In this document: one piece after another, positions 1-9,191 of the stretch
Layout: each line of letters starts with the position of its first letter
Position numbering within the stretch: the stretch's first letter is position 1
Origin: Candidatus Wolfebacteria bacterium
GTDB taxonomy: Bacteria; Patescibacteriota; Minisyncoccia; UBA6257; UBA9933
NCBI GenBank assembly: GCA_016188075.1
Contig: JACPIO010000014.1
Location: 1 to 60,790, forward strand
DNA length: 60,790 bases
Direction: 5' to 3'
The notes under the pieces: model-generated
Told to the model about the DNA's origin: nothing
Seen by the model: only the letters and a program-made list of their open reading frames with translations
Database searches by the model: none
Position numbers and translations under genes: made by a program

Positions 1-138
1 AGACGAATCAAGGACCCTGATTATCCTAAACCGATATTGACCAATGACGCCTCTTTTGAGGTTTTTACCTCGCCGACTTCCACCGAATCCGTCGGGAAAG
101 CCGGCAATAGTTTTAGGGCGCTCAAGTTGTCGTTTTGA
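1..138 (+). CDS. 3' end of an upstream CDS (partial, unknown product)
   Basis: Frame 1 is open from base 1 to TGA at 136-138 (RRIKDPDYPKP...LKLSF*), directly before the CYTH gene. Confidence 0.5.
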   Translation, partial: RRIKDPDYPKPILTNDASFEVFTSPTSTESVGKAGNSFRALKLSF

Positions 139-152
139 TATGGAAGCTCGTT

Positions 153-662
153 ATGAAAGAAATTGAGATAAAATTTAAAGTAGAAAATTTGGAAGGGCCG
201 AGAAAAATTATAAAAAAACTCGGAGCGCGTTTACTTTGGAAGGGGATTGAGGAAAATTACTATTTTGATACCCTGGATAAAAAATTAAAAAAACGCGGCC
301 AGGTTCTGCGGATTAAAAAATGGAAGGGTTTTGAAACCACGCTCACGTTAAAAACGGATTTGGAAGGTTATAACCGCAAAAGATTTAATATCCGCGAGGA
401 GGCGAGAATGCTCATTGATGAGAGTCACGTAAAATTCGCCGCCCGTATTTTGAAGCACTTGGGCTTTGTTGAATTTTTCCGGTATAATAAATATAGGGAA
501 CATTGGGAAGCGGGAAACGTTTCTTTTGAATTGGATAAGGTCGGTAGCCGTTTTTTTGTGGAAATCGAAGCGCCCAAGAAAAAAATAAGAGAGCTGGCGG
601 ATAAGCTTGGTTTGGATTGGGCAGGATCTACTGCGGAGAGTTATATAGAGCTAATAAAATGA
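153..662 (+). CDS. CYTH-domain protein (class IV adenylate cyclase/triphosphate tunnel enzyme family)
   Basis: N-terminal EIEIKF, NYYFDT, LRIK, ELDKV and FVEIE motifs; ATG at 153. Confidence 0.85.
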   Translation: MKEIEIKFKVENLEGPRKIIKKLGARLLWKGIEENYYFDTLDKKLKKRGQVLRIKKWKGFETTLTLKTDLEGYNRKRFNIREEARMLIDESHVKFAARILKHLGFVEFFRYNKYREHWEAGNVSFELDKVGSRFFVEIEAPKKKIRELADKLGLDWAGSTAESYIELIK

Positions 663-1279
663 AATATTTGATCAATCTTTTTAAGATTATAGAGCTATCT
701 AGATCTCAGCCGCAAACTGGATACGTTTTGCATAGCATTCAGCAAAATGAACTAAGTAATTTAGCCGAACACCATTACTTGGTTGCTTTTATTGCGTGGC
801 AACTTGCTTCGAATCTTCAAAATTTGGGCGCAAAGATAAACGTTGTTAAGGTTTTGGAATTTGCTTTAGTTCACGATCTTGGTGAACTTTTCGGAGGCGA
901 TATCTCTATGCCATACGCGCAAATCAATCCGGAAGCGCGCAGGCACGCTAAAGACTTCGAGGCGGAAAATCAAAAGTTTTTGTCGAAATTTTTTGGTCCG
1001 CAAGCCGATTACTTCAAGGCTTTAAGCGCCGAGGTTCTTAATTTTCATTCTGACGAAGCTGCGGTTGCGAAGATTGCGGATTACTTAGAAGTTACGCATT
1101 ATCTTTTGTATATGGGGGTCACTTTAGATTCTGTTATTGATTCTACCAAGGTAAAAATAGAAAAAATGATTTCCGGTATTAAAGATCCGGTCGCCAATAA
1201 AGAATTGACTAATTTTATCGAAGTTTGGGCCGAAGATTTGCAGAAAGGCACTGCTTTAGATGCGTTGCGTGGCGAATGA
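659..1279 (+). CDS. HD-domain hydrolase (YfbR/5'-deoxynucleotidase-like)
   Basis: LAEHHY, ALVHDLGE..GD and AKIADYLE motifs; start overlaps the upstream stop. Confidence 0.85.
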   Translation: MKYLINLFKIIELSRSQPQTGYVLHSIQQNELSNLAEHHYLVAFIAWQLASNLQNLGAKINVVKVLEFALVHDLGELFGGDISMPYAQINPEARRHAKDFEAENQKFLSKFFGPQADYFKALSAEVLNFHSDEAAVAKIADYLEVTHYLLYMGVTLDSVIDSTKVKIEKMISGIKDPVANKELTNFIEVWAEDLQKGTALDALRGE

Positions 1280-1286
1280 ATGATTT

Positions 1287-1697
1287 ATGGAATTACAAAT
1301 AGGAGTTAAGGTATTATTAAAAAATGAAGATGGTAGGTATCTTCTATTGCGGCGTTCGCCCGCGAAATATCCGGACGTGGCGAAGACTGAACTCTGGGAT
1401 ATTCCGGGCGGCCGGATCGAGGCCGGAAAAACGCTTTTCGATAATTTAAAAAGAGAAGTTAAAGAAGAAGTAAATTTAGAATTAGTTCGCGAGCCGAAGC
1501 TCGTGGCGGCCCAGGATATTTTGCGTTCTCCGGAAAAACACGTGGTTCGATTAACCTACGCGGGCGAAATTGAAGGAGAGCCCCGGCTCGATAACGATCA
1601 CACGGAATTCGGGTGGTTTACGCTAGACCAACTGAAAAACCTCGACAATCTTGATGATTACTTTGGAGAGCTTTTAAGATTGAGGTATTTTTCCTAA
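1287..1697 (+). CDS. NUDIX hydrolase
   Basis: Nudix-box-like GGRIEAGKTLFDNLKREVKEEVNL. Confidence 0.9.
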   Translation: MELQIGVKVLLKNEDGRYLLLRRSPAKYPDVAKTELWDIPGGRIEAGKTLFDNLKREVKEEVNLELVREPKLVAAQDILRSPEKHVVRLTYAGEIEGEPRLDNDHTEFGWFTLDQLKNLDNLDDYFGELLRLRYFS

Positions 1698-1756
1698 AAA
1701 ATTGCAGTTATTTCAGCTATAGCAAATAAAACTGCGAGTTTTTGGAGTGACGCAGT

Positions 1757-1800
1757 TTTGTATTTCTTATAAGATTAATCTCGTATAATGTACACACTTT
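1757..1800. repeat. AGATTAATCT-centred palindromic repeat, copy 1 of 4
   Basis: TCTTATAAGATTAATCTCGTATAATGTACACA is shared exactly with copy 2 (3629-3673); related copies at 24133 and 34356. Confidence 0.85.
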
Positions 1801-1806
1801 TCCCTA

Positions 1807-1947
1807 TTGACATCGTTGATTAGTTTGGTAATATCTTAAATATAAATGAATAGCTCAAAAGTCAAAACTTTCTTTAATCATCACAACCTCCCCTTATAGG
1901 AAGGGGTTGGTTGTTTTTCTTTCAATAAAAAGACCATCTACCCCTTC
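1807..1947 (+). promoter_or_regulatory. Sigma70-like promoter with putative leader peptide (1846-1899) and attenuator
   Basis: TTGACA at 1807 and TAATAT at 1829; ORF MNSSKVKTFFNHHNLPL*; alternative hairpins and a CCTTC-TTG-GAAGG stem followed by a T-run. Confidence 0.5.
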
Positions 1948-2011
1948 TTGGAAGGTTTTTTTATTTTCTAAGAAGGGTGTTCCTTAATAAGCGGAATAGG
2001 AGGGATGGGCA

Positions 2012-2695
2012 ATGGTCGATCTCTTCGAGGCGTTAAGGCGGTTTGAGACCGTAGAGAAAGTGAGCTATCTTTATCCGAATGTAGTCGGTCAAGGCGCGAT
2101 AGATTTTTTCTTTTTTGTCTGTCCGGCACGAAAGCCTTTTAGACTGAATGCCTACGGTACTGGTTTTACCACTGCCTACAGAGAGGGCGTAACGCCTTCT
2201 TCTCTCGAGCGGGTCAAGAGGGTATCTGCCTTTTTGTCTGAATTCGAGAAGAAGGTTACGTTTCCGTTTTCATGTCGTTGTATTTTCGCGAGCGCCGATG
2301 CCTTAATTTTATTTCCTATTCCAATCGATCCTCCCTCACTTCCTTCGGAGGTCGCGGGATTCCCCGTGGTTTCTAACTACGACCTGGTGGCTAAAAATAG
2401 CCAAGTGTGGGCTCGCCTTATGCGAGATAAGCCGTGGGAAAAGGTGCCGGAGAGGATTTCAAATCAGGAAAGAGAAAGATTTTCTTCTCTTTTCTGGTCT
2501 CGTCCTCCGGCGAACCTCATCCGTGAATTCATCGACCGTTCATTCGCTGGATTCGCTTTGGACGGAATTCTCGCGAGGCAAGGCTGTTTTGGCTCGAATC
2601 CGGTTTTACTAGGAGTAGAAGGCGAGGGCGTGGCTATTCTTCAGAACGCCGGCCTTTCTAAGCCAGAATGGCTGCCTGTTGCTTTGCTTAAATAA
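2012..2695 (+). CDS. Hypothetical protein, probable distant paralog of 2757-3599
   Basis: 227-aa ORF with AGGAGG at 1998; motifs FVCP, IFASAD, RSFAGFALDG. Confidence 0.7.
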   Translation: MVDLFEALRRFETVEKVSYLYPNVVGQGAIDFFFFVCPARKPFRLNAYGTGFTTAYREGVTPSSLERVKRVSAFLSEFEKKVTFPFSCRCIFASADALILFPIPIDPPSLPSEVAGFPVVSNYDLVAKNSQVWARLMRDKPWEKVPERISNQERERFSSLFWSRPPANLIREFIDRSFAGFALDGILARQGCFGSNPVLLGVEGEGVAILQNAGLSKPEWLPVALLK

Positions 2696-2711
2696 GAAGG
2701 GAGGAGGTCTT

Positions 2712-2750
2712 AGAGCGGGAGGAAGAAATTTTTTCTTCCTCCCGCTCTCT
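2712..2750. terminator. Stable stem-loop between the two paralogs
   Basis: AGAGCGGGAGGAAGAAA/TTTCTTCCTCCCGCTCT inverted repeat. Confidence 0.55.
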
Positions 2751-2756
2751 CAAAAT

Positions 2757-3599
2757 ATGTACAATAAAACCGATTTTATTGTAGAAAAAATTAAAAAGTT
2801 TTCTCAAAAACCTCCAGAAAATGAGAGGGTGATTAGACTTTGCATAAACCAGTCTTTAAGAGGAACCCCTATAACTTTTTATAACTGGGAGTGTCCGCCT
2901 CGGGTTTTAATCCGGGATAGGCAAGGCCGATTATTGCTTAATTATTTGGTTGATATAGATAAGGTATTTAGAGGAGAAAAAATTGATAAATACACAGAGA
3001 TTCCTCGGGTAGTGAAAGATCAAAATAGAGAGATAAAAATTTTAAAATTATTAAATTCTCTGGGTATTAAATTCCGTTTTGTGAAAATCATTGCCGATAC
3101 CAATGCTTACTACATTACCCCAAATTCTTTGGAGGCTTTGGGAGAGAAAAATATTCGGCGGAGCCTTTCTATTTTTAAAAGAAAAATAAAAGAGATAACG
3201 GATAAGGCGTATAGCGTCAAACCCAAAGTTTACCTGTTTACAAAGTTAATGTCTGGATTTCGCAGCGACTACGATACGGTCTTTAACGAATCTTTAAAAT
3301 TATTAGCCAAGCCGGCTGATTTAATCCGTCAGAAAACCTGGAATGAAGAAATTAATTATTTAAGACGGCACATTGGTTTTAGAAATAATCAAAAAGACGA
3401 GCTCGTAAATTTCGCGCGGAGAACCATAGCTACTTACGCGGCCGAAGGAATAACTTTTGATTTGCTTTCCCGAACTGAATATTTTTCTAATTGCGTTTGG
3501 TTAAATATTGAAGAGATGAGTGATAGAGTTGTTGAAATAACCAACTGTTTAAGAATTAAAAAAGGACTCGGCGCAATGCCCATGATTTTTCCAGTTTGA
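2757..3599 (+). CDS. Hypothetical protein
   Basis: ATG at 2757; motifs NWECPP, IIADT, RRTIATYAAEG. Confidence 0.75.
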   Translation: MYNKTDFIVEKIKKFSQKPPENERVIRLCINQSLRGTPITFYNWECPPRVLIRDRQGRLLLNYLVDIDKVFRGEKIDKYTEIPRVVKDQNREIKILKLLNSLGIKFRFVKIIADTNAYYITPNSLEALGEKNIRRSLSIFKRKIKEITDKAYSVKPKVYLFTKLMSGFRSDYDTVFNESLKLLAKPADLIRQKTWNEEINYLRRHIGFRNNQKDELVNFARRTIATYAAEGITFDLLSRTEYFSNCVWLNIEEMSDRVVEITNCLRIKKGLGAMPMIFPV

Positions 3600-3628
3600 T
3601 TATTAACGTTTTGCGATGACGTCCAAAA

Positions 3629-3673
3629 TTTTGTATCTCTTATAAGATTAATCTCGTATAATGTACACATTTT
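3629..3673. repeat. AGATTAATCT-centred palindromic repeat, copy 2
   Basis: Near-identical direct repeat of 1757-1800. Confidence 0.85.
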
Positions 3674-3718
3674 TACACTGTCTTGATTAATAAGGAGAAA
3701 TGGTGTTATACTTAGTTG

Positions 3719-3871
3719 ATGAAATACCCTTGGGCGAGCGTGGCAATTATCGCGGTCTGGGGCGGATCGCTTTTAATCTCTGTTTTCAGAGCCAATTCTG
3801 ATCCGGCCATGGTTTTGGTTTTCGCCACTTTGGCCACGGCCATTATCGCGATTCTTGGCTTTCGCTCGTAG
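3719..3871 (+). CDS. Small 2-TM membrane protein (50 aa), not in the ORF track
   Basis: MKYPWASVAIIAVWGGSLL...AILGFRS*; paralog at 5400; TATACT just upstream suggests a leaderless transcript. Confidence 0.75.
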   Translation: MKYPWASVAIIAVWGGSLLISVFRANSDPAMVLVFATLATAIIAILGFRS

Positions 3872-3897
3872 AATAAATTGCGAGGATTACGAAACTA

Positions 3898-5382
3898 ATG
3901 GAAAGAATCCCCATAATTTTAGTTTTTCGGAGAATAGGGCAGATTATTCTCGCCCTTTTTAAATACTTGCCGAAATTAAAACAAGGCGGACCGCGATACT
4001 GGCGTTTCGTGATTGAAGATTTAGGCGGCGGCATTATAAAAATTGCCCAAATTTTGGCAATGCGTTATGAGATTCTGCCGAAACGTTACTGCGAAGAATT
4101 TGCCGGCTTGTTCGATGCGGTCGCGCCTATTTCTCCAAAAGAAATTCAAGAAGTTTTTAAAGAAGAATTCGGTGCTTTGCCGGAATCAATTTTCGAGAAA
4201 TTTTCTTATGAATCTTTTGCCAGCGCTTCTTTTGGTCAGGTTCATATCGCGGAATTAAAAAATCAAAAACTGGCGGTCAAAATTCAAAAACCCGATGTCC
4301 AAAGATGGGCGTTGGCTGATATCCTGATTATTAAATTCTTGGCCTTTGGGGCGCGGCTCGTAATTCGAGCGCCGGTTGATCTTCGGGAGGCTGTTCGGGA
4401 GTGGGAAAGCTGGACGCTCCGGGAATTGGATTATCGGTTGGAGGCGGAGAACGCCGAGCGTTTTCGGGCGCAAAACACTAATCCCGAAGTTTATATCCCT
4501 AAAGTTTTTAAGGAATATAGCAGGGCTAAAATTTTGACGGAGGAATTTTTAGAAGGAGTAAGTTTGAATGAAATTCATAGAGATACGGAAATCCTTTCGT
4601 TGGAGGATCGGACGCGAATTACAAAAAAGCTTGTTTACGCCCAACTTTGGGCTTATTTTAAAACCGGATTTTTTCACGCTGATCCGCATCCGGGGAATGT
4701 TATTCTTTTGGGTGATGGGCGTTTGGCTTTTGTTGATTTCGGAATTATGGGCCAAGCCGGCACGCCAAGAGAAAACCATCATTTCGCCAATTTTATTAAG
4801 TTTTCGGCGGAGGGTGTAATTGAGGAGGCAGTTGGTCATTTTAGGAAGGTTATGACTGGAGCGGGAGCCTTGCCCATCATTGCCGAAATTCTTCCGGGCC
4901 GGTTGCGGAGAAAGCCAGCAGCTAAGTTAGAAAAGGGATTTAACCGCTTTTTAGTGCATAAGCTCGGCGCCGTAATTTTGAGATGGGGGGAGCGGGTTGG
5001 TTCACAAGAGGAAAGTCTCTTAGAGCGGAGCACGGCCCGGCATTTTCTTTCCCTGCTTTCTCTTGGACAGAGATTCGGGTTAGAGATGCCCGTGAACCTT
5101 TTAGCTTTTATTCGTTCTACGATTATCGTTGATATGATTTGTTTGCTTCTGAATCCGGAATTCAATATGAAAGAAGAGCTTTCTTCTTACTTTCGCGAGT
5201 ATCCGGAGGTTTGCGGCTCGCCGGTTTTGGAAATGTCGTCGGTCGCGGAAACAAAAGTAAGTCTAATGTTTGGGTCTCGCGAGAGATTGATTGAGAAATA
5301 CCGCGAAGATATTTTTAGAATACTGGAAAAGATAATAGAGGAGGGCTCCCACGCTCTGGCCTATTTTTCAACTCGGTTATAG
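3898..5382 (+). CDS. ABC1/UbiB/AarF-family atypical kinase
   Basis: IKIAQ, ASASFGQVH, AVKIQ, ELDY..EA, FFHADPHPGN and DFG motifs. Confidence 0.9.
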   Translation: MERIPIILVFRRIGQIILALFKYLPKLKQGGPRYWRFVIEDLGGGIIKIAQILAMRYEILPKRYCEEFAGLFDAVAPISPKEIQEVFKEEFGALPESIFEKFSYESFASASFGQVHIAELKNQKLAVKIQKPDVQRWALADILIIKFLAFGARLVIRAPVDLREAVREWESWTLRELDYRLEAENAERFRAQNTNPEVYIPKVFKEYSRAKILTEEFLEGVSLNEIHRDTEILSLEDRTRITKKLVYAQLWAYFKTGFFHADPHPGNVILLGDGRLAFVDFGIMGQAGTPRENHHFANFIKFSAEGVIEEAVGHFRKVMTGAGALPIIAEILPGRLRRKPAAKLEKGFNRFLVHKLGAVILRWGERVGSQEESLLERSTARHFLSLLSLGQRFGLEMPVNLLAFIRSTIIVDMICLLLNPEFNMKEELSSYFREYPEVCGSPVLEMSSVAETKVSLMFGSRERLIEKYREDIFRILEKIIEEGSHALAYFSTRL

Positions 5383-5399
5383 TGTATACTAAATAATAT

Positions 5400-5558
5400 A
5401 TGAAATATCCGTGGGTCGGATTATCAATCTTAATTATTTGGCTCGTTGGCGCGATCATCGGAATCGCGAGAAAAGACGTGCGGATTGAGTATCTTTTGAC
5501 GCTGATTCTCCTGTCAACGCTGATTTTGGGCTTTGTCGGTTTTCGATCGCCAAAATAA
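5400..5558 (+). CDS. Small 2-TM membrane protein (52 aa), not in the ORF track
   Basis: MKYPWVGLSILIIWLVG...FVGFRSPK*; paralog of 3719-3871. Confidence 0.75.
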   Translation: MKYPWVGLSILIIWLVGAIIGIARKDVRIEYLLTLILLSTLILGFVGFRSPK

Positions 5559-5677
5559 GCCATATTCAGGCCTCTAATTCTGTCTTTTTTGTCCCGTAGG
5601 GGCTTGTTCCCCGGCTATATTTTTGATATACTGAAGTTACCCGTTGGGGTATATTTTGTTTTGAATAAATAAAAACC

Positions 5678-7768
5678 ATGCCCAAGAAAGCTTTAAAAAC
5701 AGAAAAAAAACCGCCTGTAATCGGCCAAAATCAAAAACCGGAAAATAATCACAACGCCTCGGCTTCCTATGGAGCCAAGGATATTTACGTTCTCGAAGGT
5801 TTGGAGCCGGTCCGGAAACGGCCGGGAATGTATATCGGCTCAACCGGAGTGGATGGCTTACATCATTTGATTTGGGAAGTTTGCGACAACAGCCTCGACG
5901 AGGCAATGGCTGGTTTTGCCAAAAATATCCGGGTGGAGCTTTTGCCGGATAACAAAGTGGCGGTGACTGACGACGGCCGAGGCATTCCGGTTGATATTCA
6001 CTCGCAGACAAAAAAATCAGCCCTGGAAACCGTGATGTGTACTTTGCATGCCGGCGGAAAGTTCGGCGGCGAATCCTATAAGGTCGCGGGCGGTCTTCAC
6101 GGCGTAGGCGTTTCTGTGGTTAACGCGCTTTCCCAGTGGATGCGGGTTGAGGTTTGTCGCGAAGGCGAGCTCTGGTCCCAGGAATACGAGCGCGGTAATC
6201 CGAAATATAAAGTTAAAAAAGAAGGGAAATGCGGCGAGAATGGCACAAGGGTAACTTTTTCTCCGGATCCCAAAGTTTTTTCCAAAATCGAATTTGACCG
6301 TAAAAGAATTTTAGATCATCTTCGCCAGCAGGCTTTCTTAACCAAGGGTGTTAAAATCGAAATTATGGATTCCCGGGACGATCCGCCTTTTTACTACGGT
6401 TTTCAATTCGAGGGCGGGCTTTTATCTTTTATTCAATATCTCGACGAATCCAATGAAGAGATTCAGAAGGAGATTTTTTATACGCATAAAAATTATGAGG
6501 ATATCGATGTTGAAGCAGCTTTTTCTTACAACAAAGAAAGCGATACGCAAGAATTGAGTTTTGCCAACAATATTTATACTCCGGATGGCGGAATGCATTT
6601 AACCGGATTTCGATCAGCCTTGACCAGAACCTTAAACGATTACGCCCGAAAAGAAGGATATCTCAAAAATTCTGATGAAAATCTGATTGGTGACGATGTG
6701 CGGGAAGGGTTAGTCGCGATCGTTTCTGTCAAACTTCGCGAGCCGCAATTTGAAGGTCAAACCAAGGCGCGATTGGGCAATCCGCCGGCTCGAACCGCGG
6801 TTGAGGCGGTGGTGGCCGAAGCTTTAAAAGAATTTTTAGAGAAAAATTCTAATGACGCCCGCGTCATCCTTGACAAGTGTTTGCTTACGCAAAAATCCCG
6901 CAAAGCGGCCCGGGCGGCAAAAGAAAGCGTTTTAAGAAAAGGCGTGCTTGACGGAATGACTTTGCCGGGCAAGCTGGCCGATTGCTCGAGTCGTAATCCA
7001 GAGGAATCGGAATTATTTATCGCGGAAGGCGATTCGGCCGGAGGCTCGGCCAAATCAGCGCGCGACAGGCGATATCAGGCGATTCTTCCTTTGCGCGGAA
7101 AAATTTTAAATGTTGAAAAATCCCGGATTGATAAAATGCTTTTAAATAAAGAAATCCGGTCATTGGTTATGGCCATTGGCACCGCTATTGGCGACGAGTT
7201 CGATATTTCGAAAATCAGATATCATCGGGTGATTCTCGCGACGGACGCCGACGTCGACGGCGCGCATATCCGAACTCTGCTTTTAACGCTGTTTTACCGT
7301 TATTTTATTCAGATAATTGAAAAGGGCCATCTTTACATTGCCCAACCGCCGCTCTATCGTATTCAATCCGGAAAGGAGGCGAGATACGCTTATACAGATT
7401 ATCAAAAGGAATTGATCGTTGCTGATTTTCAAAAAATTAAAGATCAAAAATTATTTTTGCGAAGCAAATCCCCGGAGGGTCAGATTAAAAATACAGATCA
7501 AAAAGTAAAAATTGAGGAAAAAGAAGAAAAGGAAGGAGAGGGCACGAAAGGCATCAGTATCCAGCGTTATAAGGGTTTGGGCGAGATGAATCCGGAACAA
7601 CTTTGGGAGACAACCATGGATCCGGAAAAAAGAATTTTGAAATTGGTAATGATTGAAGACGCTAAAGAGGCGGAACGGTTGTTTGATATTTTGATGGGCG
7701 AAGCAGTCGAGCCGCGAAAGCATTTTATCCAGAGTCAGGCGACAATGGTTAAAAATCTTGACGTTTAA
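5678..7768 (+). CDS. gyrB: DNA gyrase subunit B
   Basis: VRKRPGMYIG, LHAGGKF, EGDSAGGS, PLRGKILN, DADVDG and QRYKGLGEM motifs. Confidence 0.97.
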   Translation: MPKKALKTEKKPPVIGQNQKPENNHNASASYGAKDIYVLEGLEPVRKRPGMYIGSTGVDGLHHLIWEVCDNSLDEAMAGFAKNIRVELLPDNKVAVTDDGRGIPVDIHSQTKKSALETVMCTLHAGGKFGGESYKVAGGLHGVGVSVVNALSQWMRVEVCREGELWSQEYERGNPKYKVKKEGKCGENGTRVTFSPDPKVFSKIEFDRKRILDHLRQQAFLTKGVKIEIMDSRDDPPFYYGFQFEGGLLSFIQYLDESNEEIQKEIFYTHKNYEDIDVEAAFSYNKESDTQELSFANNIYTPDGGMHLTGFRSALTRTLNDYARKEGYLKNSDENLIGDDVREGLVAIVSVKLREPQFEGQTKARLGNPPARTAVEAVVAEALKEFLEKNSNDARVILDKCLLTQKSRKAARAAKESVLRKGVLDGMTLPGKLADCSSRNPEESELFIAEGDSAGGSAKSARDRRYQAILPLRGKILNVEKSRIDKMLLNKEIRSLVMAIGTAIGDEFDISKIRYHRVILATDADVDGAHIRTLLLTLFYRYFIQIIEKGHLYIAQPPLYRIQSGKEARYAYTDYQKELIVADFQKIKDQKLFLRSKSPEGQIKNTDQKVKIEEKEEKEGEGTKGISIQRYKGLGEMNPEQLWETTMDPEKRILKLVMIEDAKEAERLFDILMGEAVEPRKHFIQSQATMVKNLDV
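7453..7482 (+). repeat. 30-nt element inside gyrB, identical to one inside trmD
   Basis: ATTTTTGCGAAGCAAATCCCCGGAGGGTCA also occurs at 30023-30052. Confidence 0.9.
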
Positions 7769-7815
7769 TCGCGATACCAATATACTAATGCATACTAATT
7801 TGTTAGCATCGGCTT

Positions 7816-8001
7816 ATGCTTTTGCGTCTTAAATCTTATCTTCAAGAATCGCGGCAGGAGTTTCGCCGGGTCAATTGGCCGACGCGCCAGGAAACGATTC
7901 GTTTGACGTTGATTGTTATCGGTATTTCTCTTGGCGTAGCTGTTTTTTTGGGCATTTTGGATTTTGTTTTTGGCTATGCTTTAGAGAAATTTTTAGCGTA
8001 A
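7816..8001 (+). CDS. secE: Preprotein translocase subunit SecE
   Basis: EFRRVNWPTRQE plus one TM segment; upstream of nusG. Confidence 0.95.
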   Translation: MLLRLKSYLQESRQEFRRVNWPTRQETIRLTLIVIGISLGVAVFLGILDFVFGYALEKFLA

Positions 8002-8619
8002 ATGGAAGAATCAAATAAAAAAGTTAATCAGGAAGCCGGGTCGGAAAAGCCGGCCAAGTCCGGCACGCGATTCCCGGAGGGCGTAAAGAAGGGCGAGCGG
8101 CATTGGTACGCGGCGCACACTTACGCCGGCTACGAAGACGCGGTGGCGCGCTATTTGCGTCAAAGAGTGGACACGCTGATGATGAATGACAAGATTTTCA
8201 ACGTTATTGTTCCCAAGGAGAAAAAGATTAAAATTAAAAACGGCAAGCGGAAAGTAATCGAGGAAAAGCTTTATCCGGGCTATGTTCTGGTTGATATGGT
8301 GATGAGCGAAGATTCTTGGTATATCGTCAGAAATACTCCTCGCGTCACCGGCTTTGTGGGCGCGGATTCAACCGAACCCACCCCGCTTTCCAAAGAAGAA
8401 GTGGATGCTTTGATGGGTAGGATGGAGGGTGAGGAGCCGAAGTTTAAAATTGAATTAAGAATCGGCGATGCTATAAAAATTATCGACGGGCCGTTTAAGG
8501 ATTATGACGGAAAAGTTTCATCCGTTGACGATGAGCACGGAAAAGTGAAAGTAATGGTCCCGATTTTCGGCCGCGAAACGGCCGTGGAATTGGATTCGCT
8601 GCAGGTACAGAGGATATAA
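8002..8619 (+). CDS. nusG: Transcription factor NusG
   Basis: WYAAHTYAGYE, PGYVLV, VRNTPRVTGF and a KOW motif. Confidence 0.97.
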   Translation: MEESNKKVNQEAGSEKPAKSGTRFPEGVKKGERHWYAAHTYAGYEDAVARYLRQRVDTLMMNDKIFNVIVPKEKKIKIKNGKRKVIEEKLYPGYVLVDMVMSEDSWYIVRNTPRVTGFVGADSTEPTPLSKEEVDALMGRMEGEEPKFKIELRIGDAIKIIDGPFKDYDGKVSSVDDEHGKVKVMVPIFGRETAVELDSLQVQRI

Positions 8620-8621
8620 GT

Positions 8622-8697
8622 TGACTACAGACTACAGTCTACGGACTACGGCCGAATAGTAAAATGCTGTAGTCGGTAGTCTGTAAGCCGTAGACTT
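8622..8697. repeat. Heptamer (GACTACA) tandem repeat with inverted arms
   Basis: GACTACA/GTCTACG units followed by TGTAGTC units; same family at 25261-25328. Confidence 0.8.
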
Positions 8698-8705
8698 TTT
8701 TCGTT

Positions 8706-9131
8706 ATGACTAAGCCGATTAAGACAACTTTAAAATTACAGATTGAGGCTAGTAAGGCCAATCCGGCTCCTCCGGTGGGTCCGGCTTTGGGCCAACACGG
8801 AGTCAATATCCAGCAGTTTTGTCAGCAGTTTAATGAAGCCACGAAAAATATGACCGGCGATATTGTGCCGGCGGAAATTACCATTTATGAAGACCGGACT
8901 TTTGATTTTAAATTAAAAACGTCGCCAGCCTCGGCCCTGCTTAAAAGGGCGGCTGGTATTGAAAAAGGTTCTGGCGATCCCTTAAAGAAAAAAGTCGGCA
9001 AAATTTCGCGTGAAGATCTTCGTCAAATCGCCGAAAAGAAAATGGTTGATTTAAACGCCAATGATATTGAAGCGGCAATGAAAATCATCGAAGGTACGGC
9101 AAAAAATATGGGAATCGAGATAGAGAAATAG
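8706..9131 (+). CDS. rplK: 50S ribosomal protein L11
   Basis: [15 protein letters not shown]. Confidence 0.98.
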   Translation: MTKPIKTTLKLQIEASKANPAPPVGPALGQHGVNIQQFCQQFNEATKNMTGDIVPAEITIYEDRTFDFKLKTSPASALLKRAAGIEKGSGDPLKKKVGKISREDLRQIAEKKMVDLNANDIEAAMKIIEGTAKNMGIEIEK

Positions 9132-9141
9132 ATAGAGCGCT

Positions 9142-9172
9142 AAAATTATCGAGGTTGAACCTCGATAATTTT
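9142..9172. repeat. Palindrome AATTATCGAGGTTGAACCTCGATAATT (intergenic copy; may act as a terminator)
   Basis: The reverse-complement copy lies inside gatB at 14774-14800. Confidence 0.85.
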
Positions 9173-9191
9173 GTTTTAATTTAATAATTTA

